Source of the DNA: Octopus sinensis
Lineage: Eukaryota
DNA: 64,000 nucleotides
Direction of reading: 5' to 3'
Assembly (NCBI RefSeq): GCF_006345805.1
Contig: NC_043015.1
Span: forward strand, 6,634,001 to 6,698,000
Position numbers and translations under genes: made by a program. Every line of letters begins with the position of its first letter. The stretch's first letter is position 1. The notes beneath the pieces were generated by a model that saw only the letters and a program-made list of their open reading frames with translations, did no database searches and was not told the origin of the DNA. Of the stretch, positions 13,721-27,845 are shown in pieces.

Positions 13721-14212
13721 GAGGAATGTTTAAGAATGCGTGTGATACACACATATATATATATCATGTATTCTTAGTGTAGTACTAATCGACATTGTAA
13801 TACCACATTATTATGGTGCCAGAGAGAATAAAGCTCAAAAAGCCGAGGAATTAGCTATAGAATTTAAAACATTAGCTTTTGAACCAAACACATAACGTCA
13901 ATTCTGGAATGTGTGCTTGCTATTCTGTTCGTAATTGGTGTATAGAGAATGATGTACATCTATTAATGTAGGAGTACTAATAGATTACCGTTGAAGATAG
14001 ACGTGAGCACGGTAAAACGCAATACATTCTTCCTGTAAATTTTGTTAGATCAAACTAACTCAGTACATCTTACTTTTGACTAGATGGCTATAAGTTTTTC
14101 CTATTTATTTTCGATTGTCTTCGGGCATGAAAAATATATTACTATAATTATGAAACTGAATAATATAAATAGTAGGACTAATAAAAATTATTATTATAAT
14201 GAAGTAAAGCAG

Positions 14213-14420
14213 AGAGCTGAAAGAATCGTTAGAGCGCCGCGTAAAATGTTTAGCAGTATTTAGTCCTTTATGTCCTGAGTTCAGGTCACGCCGAGGTCCA
14301 CTTTACCCTTCATCCATTTCGGGATCAATGAAATACGTACCAGTTGAGTACTGGTGTCGATGTAATCGAATATTCCCCACCTCACTTACAGGCCTTGTAC
14401 CAAAATTTAAAATCCTTATT
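14213..14420 (+). mobile_element. Diverged SINE family C (alternative tail)
   Basis: GAGCTGAAAGAATCGTTAGAGCGCC head, CCTTCATCCATTTCGGGATCAATGAAATACGTACCAG core, tail GGCCTTGTACCAAAATTT. Confidence 0.7.
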
Positions 14421-14989
14421 ATTATAATGAAGGGTTTACATGTGAAAGAATTAGCAAAATTTTACTTGTCTGGTTTAACGTGGCGATTGTCCAATGCTAT
14501 TAATTAGCTCCTACTTATATTTCTACGAATTTGTTATCCCTGACTTCTAGATATTCAAATGCCATCTGATCCCTCATTTTTATCTAACATTTTAGCGCAC
14601 GCTAAATTGTCTCTTGGAAATGGAATATTCGAATTCGACTGCCAAAGTTCGTAGCAATGGCGAAAAATATATAAAACTGTTTATGTGGTGTTATACAGGT
14701 GGATTTCAAAAGCGGAAACGGATAAATTTTGCACATTACCACACTAAGGTCGATAATGTAAATACCTGAGAAGTAATGTTATCGGAAAAAATTGCCTATA
14801 AATATCCAACATCGAAAATTTGGCTTTGATCCAATATGAAATTGTGAATATAACAGTGTCCTCATATTTCATTCATTGCGAACTATTTAGCTTTGATTCA
14901 ATTCCGAATACGTACATCATCACAGCACTCTTCATACATTTCCAGAAATTGCATTCTCTACGATAACATTGTTTGGCTTCTTCTCAACA

Positions 14990-15280
14990 AAACATATTAT
15001 ATAGATTGCAAAGCATAGTGTTGAACAATATTTTCACCACTTCATGGTTTTCTCTCGTATCACTTTCCTATATAAAACTTTCACACCTACAAATTTGCTT
15101 TTGTTCTCGACATACTTCAGGTCCTTCCGCAATGTTTCGCGTCTGTATATAAATCCTTGTTTATCTTTCTCTGTTTATTCTGCTTCTCCCGTCTCTACAG
15201 AACTCTTTCATGTTTTCTAGCGTTTCTTGTTTTGTCAAAAGTGTTTAGAATTTGAACGTTTGCACGTGGCTGTATGTTTA
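14990..15280 (-). pseudogene. Possible piggyBac-type transposase C-terminal relic
   Basis: Minus-strand frameshifted pieces PEVCRE...VGV and EKTMKW resemble the piggyBac KPxxxxxYNxxMGGVD and RKTxKWW motifs. Heavily decayed. Confidence 0.3.
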
Positions 15281-15434
15281 TCCGCTATTTGGCAAATATA
15301 TCAACTTAGCTGCACTCAAAAGTTGAAGATATGTTCCATAATTTATTAACATCCCCTAACTCTAATTCCCGATTTTCTTGATACTGTTTTCATTAATACT
15401 TAAAAATGGTATAGCAAAAAAGCACATTTTCGCA

Positions 15435-15701
15435 AACATACACAAATACATACAGACATACGTATATACACATGCATACATACATACTCACATACATACA
15501 TATAAATACACGCACACATGTGTACGTATGTACGATGTATGTTAGTATATGTATATATAGAAAAAAATTGTGGCTATATAAGTATATGTATATATGTGTG
15601 TTTGTGTATATATATATATATTATGTATGTATCTATATATGTATGTGTGTATATATGTATATATATATGTATGTATCTATATATGTATGTGTGTATATAT
15701 G

Positions 15702-15765
<64 letters not shown>

Positions 15766-15870
15766 ACTCATACATACCTATATACATACATACATTCGTA
15801 TATACATACATGCGTACATACATACATACATACACATACATACATACATACACATACATACATACATACA
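15435..15870. repeat. (TA)/(TACA)/(TG) compound microsatellite
   Basis: Directly visible. Confidence 0.93.
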
Positions 15871-16305
15871 CTGTTTCATGATTCAATTTCAGTCGTGAAA
15901 TTGAAATATTTGTTGAAAGATGATCAAATTTTAATATTTAACAAGCACTGACTTTAGTTTGCTGATTGTAGAGAAAAACAAAGAATAGGCTAATGAAGCA
16001 AAGAGTGCTCTTCATATTAAATAATTAATAATGGAGGTTTTACCGTTCTTCAGGTCCACAAGATAAATTTTGGAATAACTAAGTTTGAGATGCCTGAAAA
16101 TCTTGTTTGAAATGCACAAGTACCCATTCAAACACACATAGTTATACAAAAATACGAGCGAATACACACACACGCGCAAAGATTCACAAAGCCATAGAAA
16201 GTAACAGACATACACATGAAGCTAACTGGAATATATATTCCACGTGAAGCATACACCTATTCACCTTCGGTGATATTTACACTTATAAATATATGTATAT
16301 ATATA

Positions 16306-16536
16306 TATTTCGTTACTACCCACAAGGGGCTAAACACAGAGGGGACAAACAAGGACAGACAAACGCATTAAGTCGATTACATCGACCCCAGTGCGTAACT
16401 GGTACTTAATTTATCGACCCCGAAAGGATGAAAGGCAAAGTCGACCTCGGCGGAATTTGAACTCAGAACGTAACGGCAGACGAAATACGGCTACGCATTT
16501 CGTCCGGCGTGCTAACGTTTCTGCCAGCTCGCCGTC
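16306..16536 (-). mobile_element. SINE family C, monomeric full-length copy
   Basis: Reverse complement of the head plus one body unit; flanked by TA repeats. Confidence 0.9.
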
Positions 16537-16538
16537 TT

Positions 16539-16647
<109 letters not shown>

Positions 16648-16899
16648 TGTGTGTGTATATATATGCGTGGTTGTGTGTTAAGAATCAGGTGGTTCCATGT
16701 TCAGTCCCATTGAGTGGCCCTTCGTCAAATGCTTCTACTCTTGATCCCCTTTCCACCTTTGTCGAAGAGAGTCGGCATGTCCTCACTATAGTTGCTATTG
16801 CGAAAGAGATCGTGCGTAAGATTGTGTGAAGGTATTGTGACAGATACTTTCATCTCCTGCCTTGGTCTGGTAAAGTTCTTATCCTTTCACCTAAAAAGG

Positions 16900-17650
16900 A
16901 AGATAAGGGTGGAAAGGAGTGCCATAGGCACTGGGCAGTGAGCCATCAGCGACGACGCAGTACAACGTCGACTGGCTGCCAACAATCTGCGTTGCTGTCG
17001 TCCTGTTTAAGGGTTTGTCCTCACCACCCGCAACCGTAGGGCACGGCTACAGTTGGCTACACAGCACCGACATTTGCAGCATCAACAATGAAAGTTGATA
17101 GGCTTCTCTGACGAGACCCAGTACTACGTTTCCACCTCTGATGGCAGAGTGATGGTTTGTCGTAAGAGGGGAAAACGCTATAGAGATGCATGTGTTATGG
17201 AGAGAGACACGTGGGGTGGACAAAGAGTCATGGTTTGGGGGTGCTAAAGCCTGAATCGGAGAACTGTGCCCTATGTGTTCCAAAATATCGGTGCAGCACT
17301 ACGATTACCATATCCTAATATCTCACGTCGTGCAGTTCTTCGTGCGTCACCATAGCCAGGTGTTCCAGCAGGACAATGCTCCTTCCCACACGGTCGGCAC
17401 AACATCAGAACCATGCCATAGCCGGTTCTCATCCCGGAATTGAACCCAACTGAACACCCATGGGATGAAATCTAGAGAGTGCTGAACCAGGGGGAACTCA
17501 ACACCGACAACTCGTGTGGAACTGAAGGCAGCTTTCCTGAAGATGCGGGTACAGGTGCCAAAAGCATTTATGAACCGCCTCATGCACTCCATGTACTGAT
17601 GGTATATGGCCGTTATGAGCACCAAGGGTGGGTATACACGAATTGAACAT
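16900..17650 (+). pseudogene. Tc1-family (DDE) transposase remnant
   Basis: Hand translation across stops and frameshifts gives GFSDET (17101), VMVWGC, VFQQDNAPSH (17360), PELNPTEHPWDE (about 17434) and KGGYTR (about 17624), all canonical Tc1 motifs. Confidence 0.85.
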
Positions 17651-17792
17651 GTCACGCCCTACAATCTCTATGATCTGCATTCGCCCATGGGTCCGCAAAT
17701 GAGATCTGTGTCCAGCGAAAAAAAAGCCAGTCTGTCATAAAAAGATGGATGCATTGATAGATACATAGATAGACAGACAGACAGACAGACAG

Positions 17793-17838
<46 letters not shown>

Positions 17839-18823
17839 GCATATATACATTTTGTGAGTATATAAGTTTATATTCATATATTCATATATATATATATATA
17901 TAGTACATAAATAGGCGCACAATTGTGTGCAACTACATTGAAGCGTTTTCAATATGTGTGTACTTGGTTGTGCATTCTTTTGCTAAGTTGCACTCCTTCG
18001 ATTACATAATTGTATTCTCAGCTGATAATGTTATTGTTTTGTTTTTGTTTTTTTTTGTTATTTAGTGTATATTTACTTTTCTTCCTACTGACGCAATAGA
18101 TAGTGGAAAGTTCTCTATTCAGTCCAAGAATCTTTCAAACATGTAGGCACACTGACATGAAAACCAAGGGTATGTGTAATGTGCTTAGCATCAATTTCTG
18201 TTTGTTATTAGATTTGCGTTTGTTAGATCCTTATATTAAATCATTCCATCAAGAAATTTGTAGACACTAAGTATACTTACTGCGCGCGCGTGTATGTGCA
18301 CGTGTGTGTGTATTTATCTTCACAGATCTATCCATCCATCTATCCATCCATCTATCTATTTATCTATCTACCTTTCTATCTATCTTTAGATTTATCTTAC
18401 TTACTATCTATTTGTCTATCTAACTTTCTGTTTTCGTCTATGATACTTCTCTAGCTTTGTATGTAAACATATGTATATACACATTGATATACACACATAC
18501 ACGCGCGTAAGCACATACTTATTCTGTGTGAATACGCGGCTGATTGTTTGTGTAAGGTGGTATATTCAGAAATCCACTAAGTGTTTTTTTTTTCACCGTA
18601 GAATTATTTCTATCGGATTGGATTTCTTTCTAGGAATTATATTAAAAACGCCATATGCATGTATATATACAATTATATTTGTACTTACGCGCATATATAC
18701 ACATATACATATTAGTTCTTATCTGTGACGACATCACTCTCTCACTCCTTCTGTCTCTGTCTCCCTCTTTCTGTATATATATATATATAATAAGAAAGAT
18801 AGAGCGAGAAAGAGAAAGAATGC

Positions 18824-18865
<42 letters not shown>

Positions 18866-19699
18866 TCACAAATAATATAGGACATATATTCTCTTACAGG
18901 GAGGCATTTTCTAAATTTTTAACGTAATATTCAAATAAAGTGGCACCCTTCAGTCGAAGTAAAACCATATATATTCTTTTCTATAGTTGATGTTCATCAG
19001 AAAACATATTACGTTAAAAGCATAAGAAACTGCAATATAAATATGGATACTAAATTTCTTCTTGCTCTCGGAATATCTGATAGTATCCTCCAATATCTAT
19101 AGTGTGATACAAAACATGTAACAGAAGTCCGACTACACCTGAATATATCATATACAAATTGCTTCGAATATGTTTAATGGTAGGCAGATGATTATAAATT
19201 AGGTACATCATTTTCATTGCAATAAACGTTTGAATAAGTTATACTATATGTATATCTGTATTTTGTATCACAGTATAGATAGTGGAGGATGCTAGCAGAT
19301 ATTTTCTTTTACGTGGGCAAGAAGAAATTTTCTATAAATATTTATATAGCGGTTTCGTACACTTTCAATGTAATATATTTTCTGATGAATATCACCTATC
19401 GAAAGGAATATGTATGGTGATACTTCGACAGAAGGGTGCCATTTATACTATCTTTGTATGAGATATACCATCAATATGATTTCGTTTTCGCATTGGTAGT
19501 TTGATACAAAACATTATCTTCGAATCGTTGTCGGGACATACATGTTAATTTTGTATGGGGAAATATGGAGGCAATTTTGTTTAAATTTCTTCACGTATAT
19601 ACAGTACTCCGTAGAACAGTAATGAAATGAAGATTTAAAAAAGTTAAAAACCGACCGAACGGGTTATTAAGGCGTTTTGAAGTGATAAACCTAACAATA

Positions 19700-20079
19700 T
19701 CTCTCTCTATATAAATGGCAGTTTGTCTGTGCGTGTTTCGTGTGTCTGTTTGCTTGTAACCCTACCCTGACCACGGCTTTCAACCGATTCTGATGAAACT
19801 TGCACACCATAGCCCAATGTCATAATTCAAAAACTAACGCAGCGAAAATTTTGAAAAGTTCCTCCAGTTCTGAAAAAAAATCGATAAATTCGACAGGGGT
19901 CGAGAATCAGAAACACAACCGCAAACTGTCTAGGGGACGCAACTCCACCTTTTTTAACTAAAAAAAAATTTACCATCATTTTTTTCCATTTTTTTGTTAT
20001 TTTTTGGCTATAACTCTCTAAAAATTGCTTTATAGTTATTTCCCTTACAAACCTGAGCAACGCCGGGCGATACTGCTAG
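19700..20079 (+). mobile_element. Non-autonomous Helitron
   Basis: 5' TC, 3' GC-rich hairpin CCTGAGCAACGCCGGG then CTAG; inserted between A and T with no TSD. The 3' ~130 bp is shared with the copies at 26409 and 60869. Confidence 0.85.
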
Positions 20080-20353
20080 TTAGGTTTATAAGTTGCAGCG
20101 TAGACGGTGAAGATTATCTTGTATGGATCTGCCGGGAACGGCACATGTTTGTGCCTCCCCAACGAGTCCATCCACCACATGTGCCAACGTTTTTGATAAA
20201 ACCTTGACCATAATCTTCATCTCTGTGTTTAGCCTAAAATTTGTGTTTTTCTCATTAAATCAGAGACTTGTAATACTAATTAAATCATATCCCGCGATCA
20301 GTAATATGGCATAAATGGTTTAATTACATCAAAGTTTTATAGAATTTATTCCC

Positions 20354-20389
<36 letters not shown>

Positions 20390-20679
20390 ATTATATACAT
20401 ACACACACACACAAAAAAAAAATTATCTAAAAAGCAGGATTATGCTTATACAATAACTTTCTTCTTGCCCACGTAAAAGAAAATAAACTATTGATTTATT
20501 GCAGAAAAATTCGTTACCGGCCACCCATGAGATTTGAACTGACATCCCTGTGATTACGCATCAAGTGCTTTACCTTTAAGCTAAACTGCCCAGTAGCAAA
20601 TTGTTCTGCAATTTTGGGATTTGTAACTCTAGCGTTATAAGACACTAAAGTTAACTTCAACTTACGATGAAAGAATACA

Positions 20680-20710
<31 letters not shown>

Positions 20711-20721
20711 GTGTGTGTATG

Positions 20722-21070
20722 TGTGTGTGGCTGTGTGGTTATGAATATTACATTACAATCACACGGTCTCAGGTTCGTTCTCATTGCGCGAAACATTAGA
20801 GAGGTACCTTCTTGTGTAATCTCGAAATTTGTGAATTTGGTACTCGGAAGTACAGTATATATATATCTGTGTGTATATGTGGGTGTGGGTGTGTGCCTTT
20901 GTCCTATGTCATCTTGACTATAGGTGTCAGTTTGTTTCCTAGTCCCATGGTAAAAGAAACCGACAGATAAGAAACAAAGATGAAAAGAATTACTAGAGTC
21001 GATTCGATCGTCTAAATGTTTCATAGTGGTATCCCAGCATGGCCACAGTACAATAACTAAATAGGTAAAC
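20722..21070 (+). mobile_element. Degraded SINE family A
   Basis: GTGGCTGTGTGGTT head, internal TA/TG tract, tail CCCAGCATGGCCACAGT. Confidence 0.6.
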
Positions 21071-21648
21071 GACAGAAATAGAAGAGAGGTCCATAACTGT
21101 ATTGACATCCACTCTCACACATACACACACATACATACATGGTGTTATTGGAAAGAGATATTGTCGTGGCAAATCAAATAGAAACGGCATGTATAAAGGA
21201 ATTCATAATTTACAATTTTGCTTTAATTCGCCACAAAATTTCTTTTTCTCGTATAATGTTTTCTAATTCAATATTCATTCTTCAGCGTGGTGTTTCATTT
21301 TTACTATTTCAAAATTTCTCTATTTGTTATTCTATTTTACTATTTAGAGGAGACATATAAATTTCGATATAGCAGACATAGTGGCGTTTTCTCAGAAATA
21401 AACTCATTTCTAAAACATATGAGTGATAGCTAGATAACATTCTCCTTAAAAATCATATAATTATGATATGGAATATATATAAAATCGCAAGACTCGAATC
21501 TACAGTATTTATTAAAACCATTTATATGTACGTATGTATGTATATGTGTGTGTGTGTGCATATATATATATATATATGAAAATATAAATATATGAATATA
21601 TATATATATTTATATATATATATATATATATATTTTACACATATACAT

Positions 21649-21694
<46 letters not shown>

Positions 21695-22699
21695 GTATAT
21701 ATATATATATATTTATATACACACATATATATATATATATATACATATATATACAAACATATATACATATACACAAACACATACACATGCATATGTATTA
21801 CAGTCGAAAAAAAAAATTGCAGAAAGTTTTTCCCAGCGCATCATGTGATCTATCATCAGACAGATACGATGATAAGGAATTAAAAATTGAATACATATAT
21901 ACACATCGATACATAAGCACATACATACGTATATAAGCACACACACATATACACACACACCTATATATACAAGAAGATGCGTATATATTTATATTTTATA
22001 ATTTCTGTATATGATAGAAATATGAATAATCTACCCCATACTGTTCTTTGTAAACTTTGTGTTTTTCTCATTAAATTCTCAAAATATTTGTGCAGTATTC
22101 TTTAGATATAATGCACATTTTTGTAATTAGTTCCCATTCTTAATTTCGTATACGTTTTGTTTATGATTTTAAACATAATTTCGAAGTTCTTTTATCAGAC
22201 TAGTTTTCGCTTTACTTAGGATGAATACTGTGAAGATTACGCGAAGAACTTTCGCCGAAATGTGTGTGTGTGTGTGTGTATGTATATGTGTGTATGTATG
22301 TATGTGTGTGTGGGGAGGCATGTCTCTATATATACAAGGGATAATCTGAGAAATATATATGTATAGAATTCATCGTATTTTTCCTGAATTTGAGCTTTTA
22401 TATTCCTGTATATAATATGCACAAAGAAATACGTTGTTTTACTTAAAGATCTCCACTGAGTCTAATACGAATTTCCGCTACACAATGTATGGATATATCT
22501 GCTTATGTAACCTCCTATTCTGTTCATAGGATAATTTCAGACTTCACAGAATGGAATACATGAAAGTACAATTTTCCAACTGAAAAATCTAAGTATTTGT
22601 CATTCCTTGTGGTGCTGAATGCTAATTGCTGACTTCAGATATATACACTAAACGCGTCATTTAGTAACTTCGAGTAAAATAACTAGAAAATTGACTTAG

Positions 22700-22900
22700 A
22701 ATCCGGTCTGCAGCCTCACAGCAAAAGAAAATGTGAAGTGTCTCACCATACCATACTTGTGTGCATAGGAGAATAAATGACTGGGAAAATCTAAGAGTTG
22801 ATATTTTTGTGAAAGCTTTTAAAAAGTGCAGAATTATTAATGCACTTGGTGGCACAGAACACGAAGCTTTATTTGAAGACAGCCGTGACAGCATGTCGAG
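22700..22900 (+). pseudogene. pogo/Tigger-type transposase C-terminal fragment
   Basis: Translates WENLRVDIFVKAFKKCRIINALGGTEHEALFEDS, matching the pogo-family KSFKKCGISNALDGTEDD motif. Confidence 0.7.
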
Positions 22901-25900
22901 TTAGGGGGTTCTTTGATAATCATGATGATGATGAGTGTTGAGGGTATAGAGATGATTAAAGCATTGTTACATAACACTAATGGTTTTCTGAAAATTTTGT
23001 TAAGTTTTTTGGTTTATGATCTACTCTAATGCTAGCCAGTTCTCATATAAAATACATTTTGCTATTGCTAAGGTGATTGTCGTTTCTTTTGTAGTAATTT
23101 AATACTGTGTTCGTGTACGGCATGATATTTTCATTGCAAATGTCTGATTTCCTGTTTTATGTTCAACTACAGAGGTGACTTGCTTTGTGTAAAATGTTTT
23201 CTGTTACAGCTAAGGTGTTTTTGTTTTGGCTTTCTTTTCCTTGTCGTCTTTTATTATTGTATTCACGAATGATATTTTCACTGCAATTGACTGTTCTTGT
23301 ATGATTTCCTGATTTAGTGGTATTTTCAAATCAAATGGTAACTCGTTGCTATAAAATATTTTCTGTTATATTGAGGCTGCTTTTATTTTCTCTTTTAAAT
23401 TAGAGCAGTTATTGTTATTAAAATTACTTCTCTGACAATCTAGCTGCATGCTTTGTCCAAAATATTCTGCTGTGCAGAAATTACATATTTGCATAATGAT
23501 TAAATGATTAACTACAAAAAAAAAAAACAAAGAAAAAAACCAATAAGGAACGTAGATTTTATTATTCACTGCTAAAGTAGTGACATTTTTATATGCTTTG
23601 TGAATCATATACCACCAAATGCATTGTTAAATTTTGAATGACCTAACGTTTGCATTTTGTTAATATCTATTACATCCCAGGCACTAAAAACCCATTTTTG
23701 TCCATGACAGATTATATCACGTGATAAATGTATTTATTTCTAAAGGAGGAATGAAAACGCCAATCTACAGGGATTGTGTTTATTCCTAAAAATATTAATG
23801 TAAATGCGAACAAATTATATATCGTTCTCGCTATATTTCCTTTATTGAAACATTTCCCTAGACACAAAGAAACATCTGCAAAATGCATGTGTCACTGTTT
23901 TCATAGGTAGTAGAAGTTATCTGAGTTTATGTGTATAGTGTTTAAACATAGTAACTGTATCACTATTGCAGTCAAAGTAACATTTCATTGATAAATGTTA
24001 TGTGGAAGTCTGTCGAAGGACAATTCCTCAGACCATACTAGATGCGAATGTTAACAGAGTCTCCGATCTTTCTTTATATTTAGCTGTTATAATTATTCAA
24101 TTGAACATATTTATTAAGAGGACTTCCTCCTTTCCTCCATTCAGGTAGAGACCATTTTAATTGGCTATAAATATAGGGGGAAAAAAGAAATTTATGGACT
24201 CGTGAGTTTTAAATGCTATCATCATTTCAGTGAATCACCGCGTAAGACAGGTAAATTTTAATGCATGCTTCTATTTACACTTCATGACGTAGTGGGCACT
24301 TTAATTATACCCAGACATATTTCCTATAACTCAAGTAAAGGATCATTCGTAGAGAGGTGCATCTAATATGAGCCAATCGTAGCAGAAGGATTTTGGATAA
24401 ATATTTGTTGTTAACCAGCAATTCTTAGCAAAAAATTTATTTGAAATAAATTAGTCACAATGCTTATGGGAAGAAAGAAGATTACAAAAGTATGCTTCCA
24501 ATGTAACTGTGATTCTAATCATATGTGACGTAATGTATTACCGCTCGTACTGTATTTTACCGGATAAGTTAGACAAGCTAAGTAAATTAGCATCACTGAT
24601 CTTACCAGTCTGGTGAAATTAACGCAGATGGTGTTAAACTTGAAAGTTTGCATGTAACCGAAGAAATAGTAAGAAAGAGTTAAAAGGGAGCAATAGTGCG
24701 TATTCTTAAAAGAAAGGTACTGCTTTGACAATTACAAAAGTATTTTGTTCTGTTGAACAATACGGTCTTTCACGTGACGAATTGCAGAATCGTGAAGGTA
24801 TCGGATAAAATGCTTTTCATTATCTCTGCTGGTTTCTTACAATTTGATTTTAAATTTCAATGTGTATGATTATGCTTTTCACATTTTCGAGAAGATATAT
24901 AAATAATATTTATAGGTTGATGGATTAGCAGAACTGATAAAATGTAGAGGAAGTTGTTTTGTATACCTTGGCTTTATGAGATCAATTCCCATGTAAGAAT
25001 CATCATTAAAATGCATATCAGCTACGAATAACCTATAACAGCCTTGCTTTAATTCATTCATTTATAAAGGCAAATATATAACCATTACAAAGAAATACAC
25101 AAACGACCACATAAACTACAAAAAAATAGATAGTAACCTTGTAAGAAAGAGTACGGTTCCCAACACATTCCCAGAAACTCGGCCTCTGATAACCTTTGTA
25201 CTTATATATTATCAATTTTGTTTTAATGACTTTTAAGCGTTATGCACAAAGAATATTACTATGATCCTGAAATTTGTGCAATGGATTTATCAATCAATAT
25301 AAAAGACGGTATTTATTCCTGTATGAAAAATCTATTAATATTATAAGGCATTAAAAGAATAATATAATGTGAACGGATCCATTTTCTCTAATGCTTTAAT
25401 ACAGGTTTTTTTATATCCTGTTGTTGATAGGAAATTATTTTTGTAATTATATAATGTATTTATGAAAGGCTATCGAACCCTCTATTTCTGGACCTAGATA
25501 TACGATACAGAAAAGGATTTCCGCTCTTGAAAAATGAAACTTTAAGCTTCGTTAAATCTAAAAATGTTCAGAATGAACATTTTCTTGTTCATCATGTCGT
25601 TATTAATGTATTTACATAAACTAAAGTTGTTTTCATCTTTTATTTCTTATTGTTTTGCTTTGTATAATTCTTTATTTTTAATTCGCCATTTAACAAAGTT
25701 TGGCTATACTTTGTAAAAATGAAAAGAAAGACAAAGAAATAAGAAGCAAAAATCAATCATGTTTCGTAAGTTTAGTAATTATTTTCATAATTATTTCCTA
25801 AGAATTATTTGTCCTTCAAGAATCTTTTACTTTATTTTCTTATCATCACTCTATTATTTTGTATAGCTGATTTTTTTATATATATTTTTTAAAGCTGAAA

Positions 25901-26408
25901 ATATAAAATTAATCTCCACTAACGCTTAAGTGATCTTTGATCAACATTTGCTCACACAAATTAATCGATATATGAACAAAAACGAAAAAAAAAATGAAAA
26001 ATTGCAAACTAATTTTAAAAATCGATCAAATAATAGCCAGTAAAACCAGAAAAAACTGACCTTGCATTAGTAAGTCATACGCTTCAAATAGATTCATTGA
26101 ATTCTTACGTATAGAAGAATGTAGTGTGGGTTCAAGAATGTCTATTAATGATTCTCTTTCACACATATATTCTCGTATAGTTCATTACTCAAAAACAAAA
26201 AAGAAATTGTTATTTAAACTGTTCTGTTAATTAACATTTACAATCATATTTTCCATGTAAAGTATTTACTTTTTAAGGTTGTAAGTTGATAGAATCTTTG
26301 AAGCATCGAATAAAATATCTTGCCCTATTCATTACAAATGTTTGCATTTCGTGTTCAATTCTTGAGCAGGTCAACATTTACAAGTGGTAATTTCGGGGTT
26401 TATATATA

Positions 26409-26783
26409 TCTTTATATATAAAAGAGAGGTTGTGTGTCTGTCTCCTACGATTTAGATTCCTAGCCACTCCCACATTTTGCGGTGCAGTTTAACCAAAACT
26501 GGGTATCTTATAGTCGTGATTCATATCGAGTCCTTCTGGGTATTAGCGCGCGTCTACGATTTAAAAAAAATTACCATCATTTTTTTCCATTTTAATGCAT
26601 TTTTTCGCTATTATATAAGGGAAGTAACTCTCTAAAAATGTCTACGATGAGTCAACGATTTAAAAAAAAATTACCATAATTTATTTTCCATTTTTAATGC
26701 ATTTTTTTTAGCTATAACTCTCTAAAAATGCTTATATAGTTATTTCCCTTACAAACCCGAGCAACGCCGGGCGATACTGCTGG
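26409..26783 (+). mobile_element. Non-autonomous Helitron with an internal ~90-bp duplication
   Basis: A|TC start, hairpin CCCGAGCAACGCCGGG, CTGG|T end (CTRR). The block GTCTACGAT..TTACCAT..AACTCTCTAAAAATG occurs twice. Confidence 0.85.
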
Positions 26784-27123
26784 TATATATATATATAATA
26801 CTATACAGTACTGAAACAATTCCCCCTCTCTCTCCCCCTCCTATCTCTCTCTCTCTCTCTCAACAGATCTCTCCCTGCCCAGTCTCTTTGTGCCTATGTC
26901 TCTTTCTCACAAGATTTCACCAGTAATTCATCGCTCCAGCCTTAGTACATTGTGTAATACAATTTCAGCTTAACAAATGTATTACAAGTCAACTTTGTCT
27001 TTGGAATACTCAGCTACTGAGGAGTACGTTTCATGAAATGGGATTGAGTTAGATGAGCACTGAAATACTCGTTGATTAGGTCAGGAAAGAAACGAAATGA
27101 GTGCATTAATCATATATTATAAA

Positions 27124-27470
27124 GGTGGCGAGCTGGTAGAGTCTTTACGGCACCGGACAAAATGCTTAACTGCTTTTCTTCAGGCTTTACGGTATGAGTT
27201 CATATGTGACCAAATTCTGCGTTGCCTTACATTTAACTGCTTTTCTTCTGGCTTTACGGTCTGAGTTCATATGTGACCAAATTCTGCGTTGCCTTACATT
27301 TAACTGCTTTTCTTCTGGCTTTACGGTCTGAGTTCATATGTGACCAAATTCTGCGTTGCCTTACATTTTTTCAAGGTCGATTAGGTAAGTACCAGTCGAG
27401 TACAGAGGTCGATAAAATTAACTCATCTTTCTGCATTAAACTGATGGTATTGTGCCAAAACTTATTAAAA
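27124..27470 (+). mobile_element. Diverged SINE family C carrying a 3 x 67-bp tandem amplification
   Basis: Head GGTGGCGAGCTGGTAGA; unit TTAACTGCTTTTCTTC..GCCTTACAT starts at 27166, 27233 and 27300. Confidence 0.8.
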
Positions 27471-27618
27471 TATTTAAAATTTATATATTTACATAACTTA
27501 AGCAAAGTGGAAGGACAATATTTAGTACAATAACATTTCATTATTTTCAACTATGGCTAATTGATGTCAGAGGCCTACAGGATATTCCTTGCATAGAATA
27601 TTTTGCTATACACAGATA

Positions 27619-27845
27619 CAGGGTTGGCCAAAAGTCATCCGACAGTAAATAAAAATTCAATAAATACTTAATATTTAATTTATTTATACATTTGGGGAAA
27701 ATGGTGTCGCTCAAGGTCATCAGTTTGAACAGCTTTCATGTTTCATATTTAGATGTTTTTATTAAATTCACTCAGTTGTTATACATAAATAAATCTTGAA
27801 TTAAACGGTTTTGATTTACTGTCAGTTGACTTTTGGCTAACCTTG
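27619..27845. mobile_element. Tc1/mariner-type MITE (227 bp)
   Basis: Left TIR CAGGGTTGGCCAAAAGTCATCCGACAGTAAAT; right end reverse complement CAAGGTTAGCCAAAAGTCAACTGACAGTAAAT; TA on both flanks. Confidence 0.85.

Noticed and set aside
19380-19415. CTGATGA..GAAA motif
   Set aside because: No valid stem III, cleavage triplet or stem I pairing.
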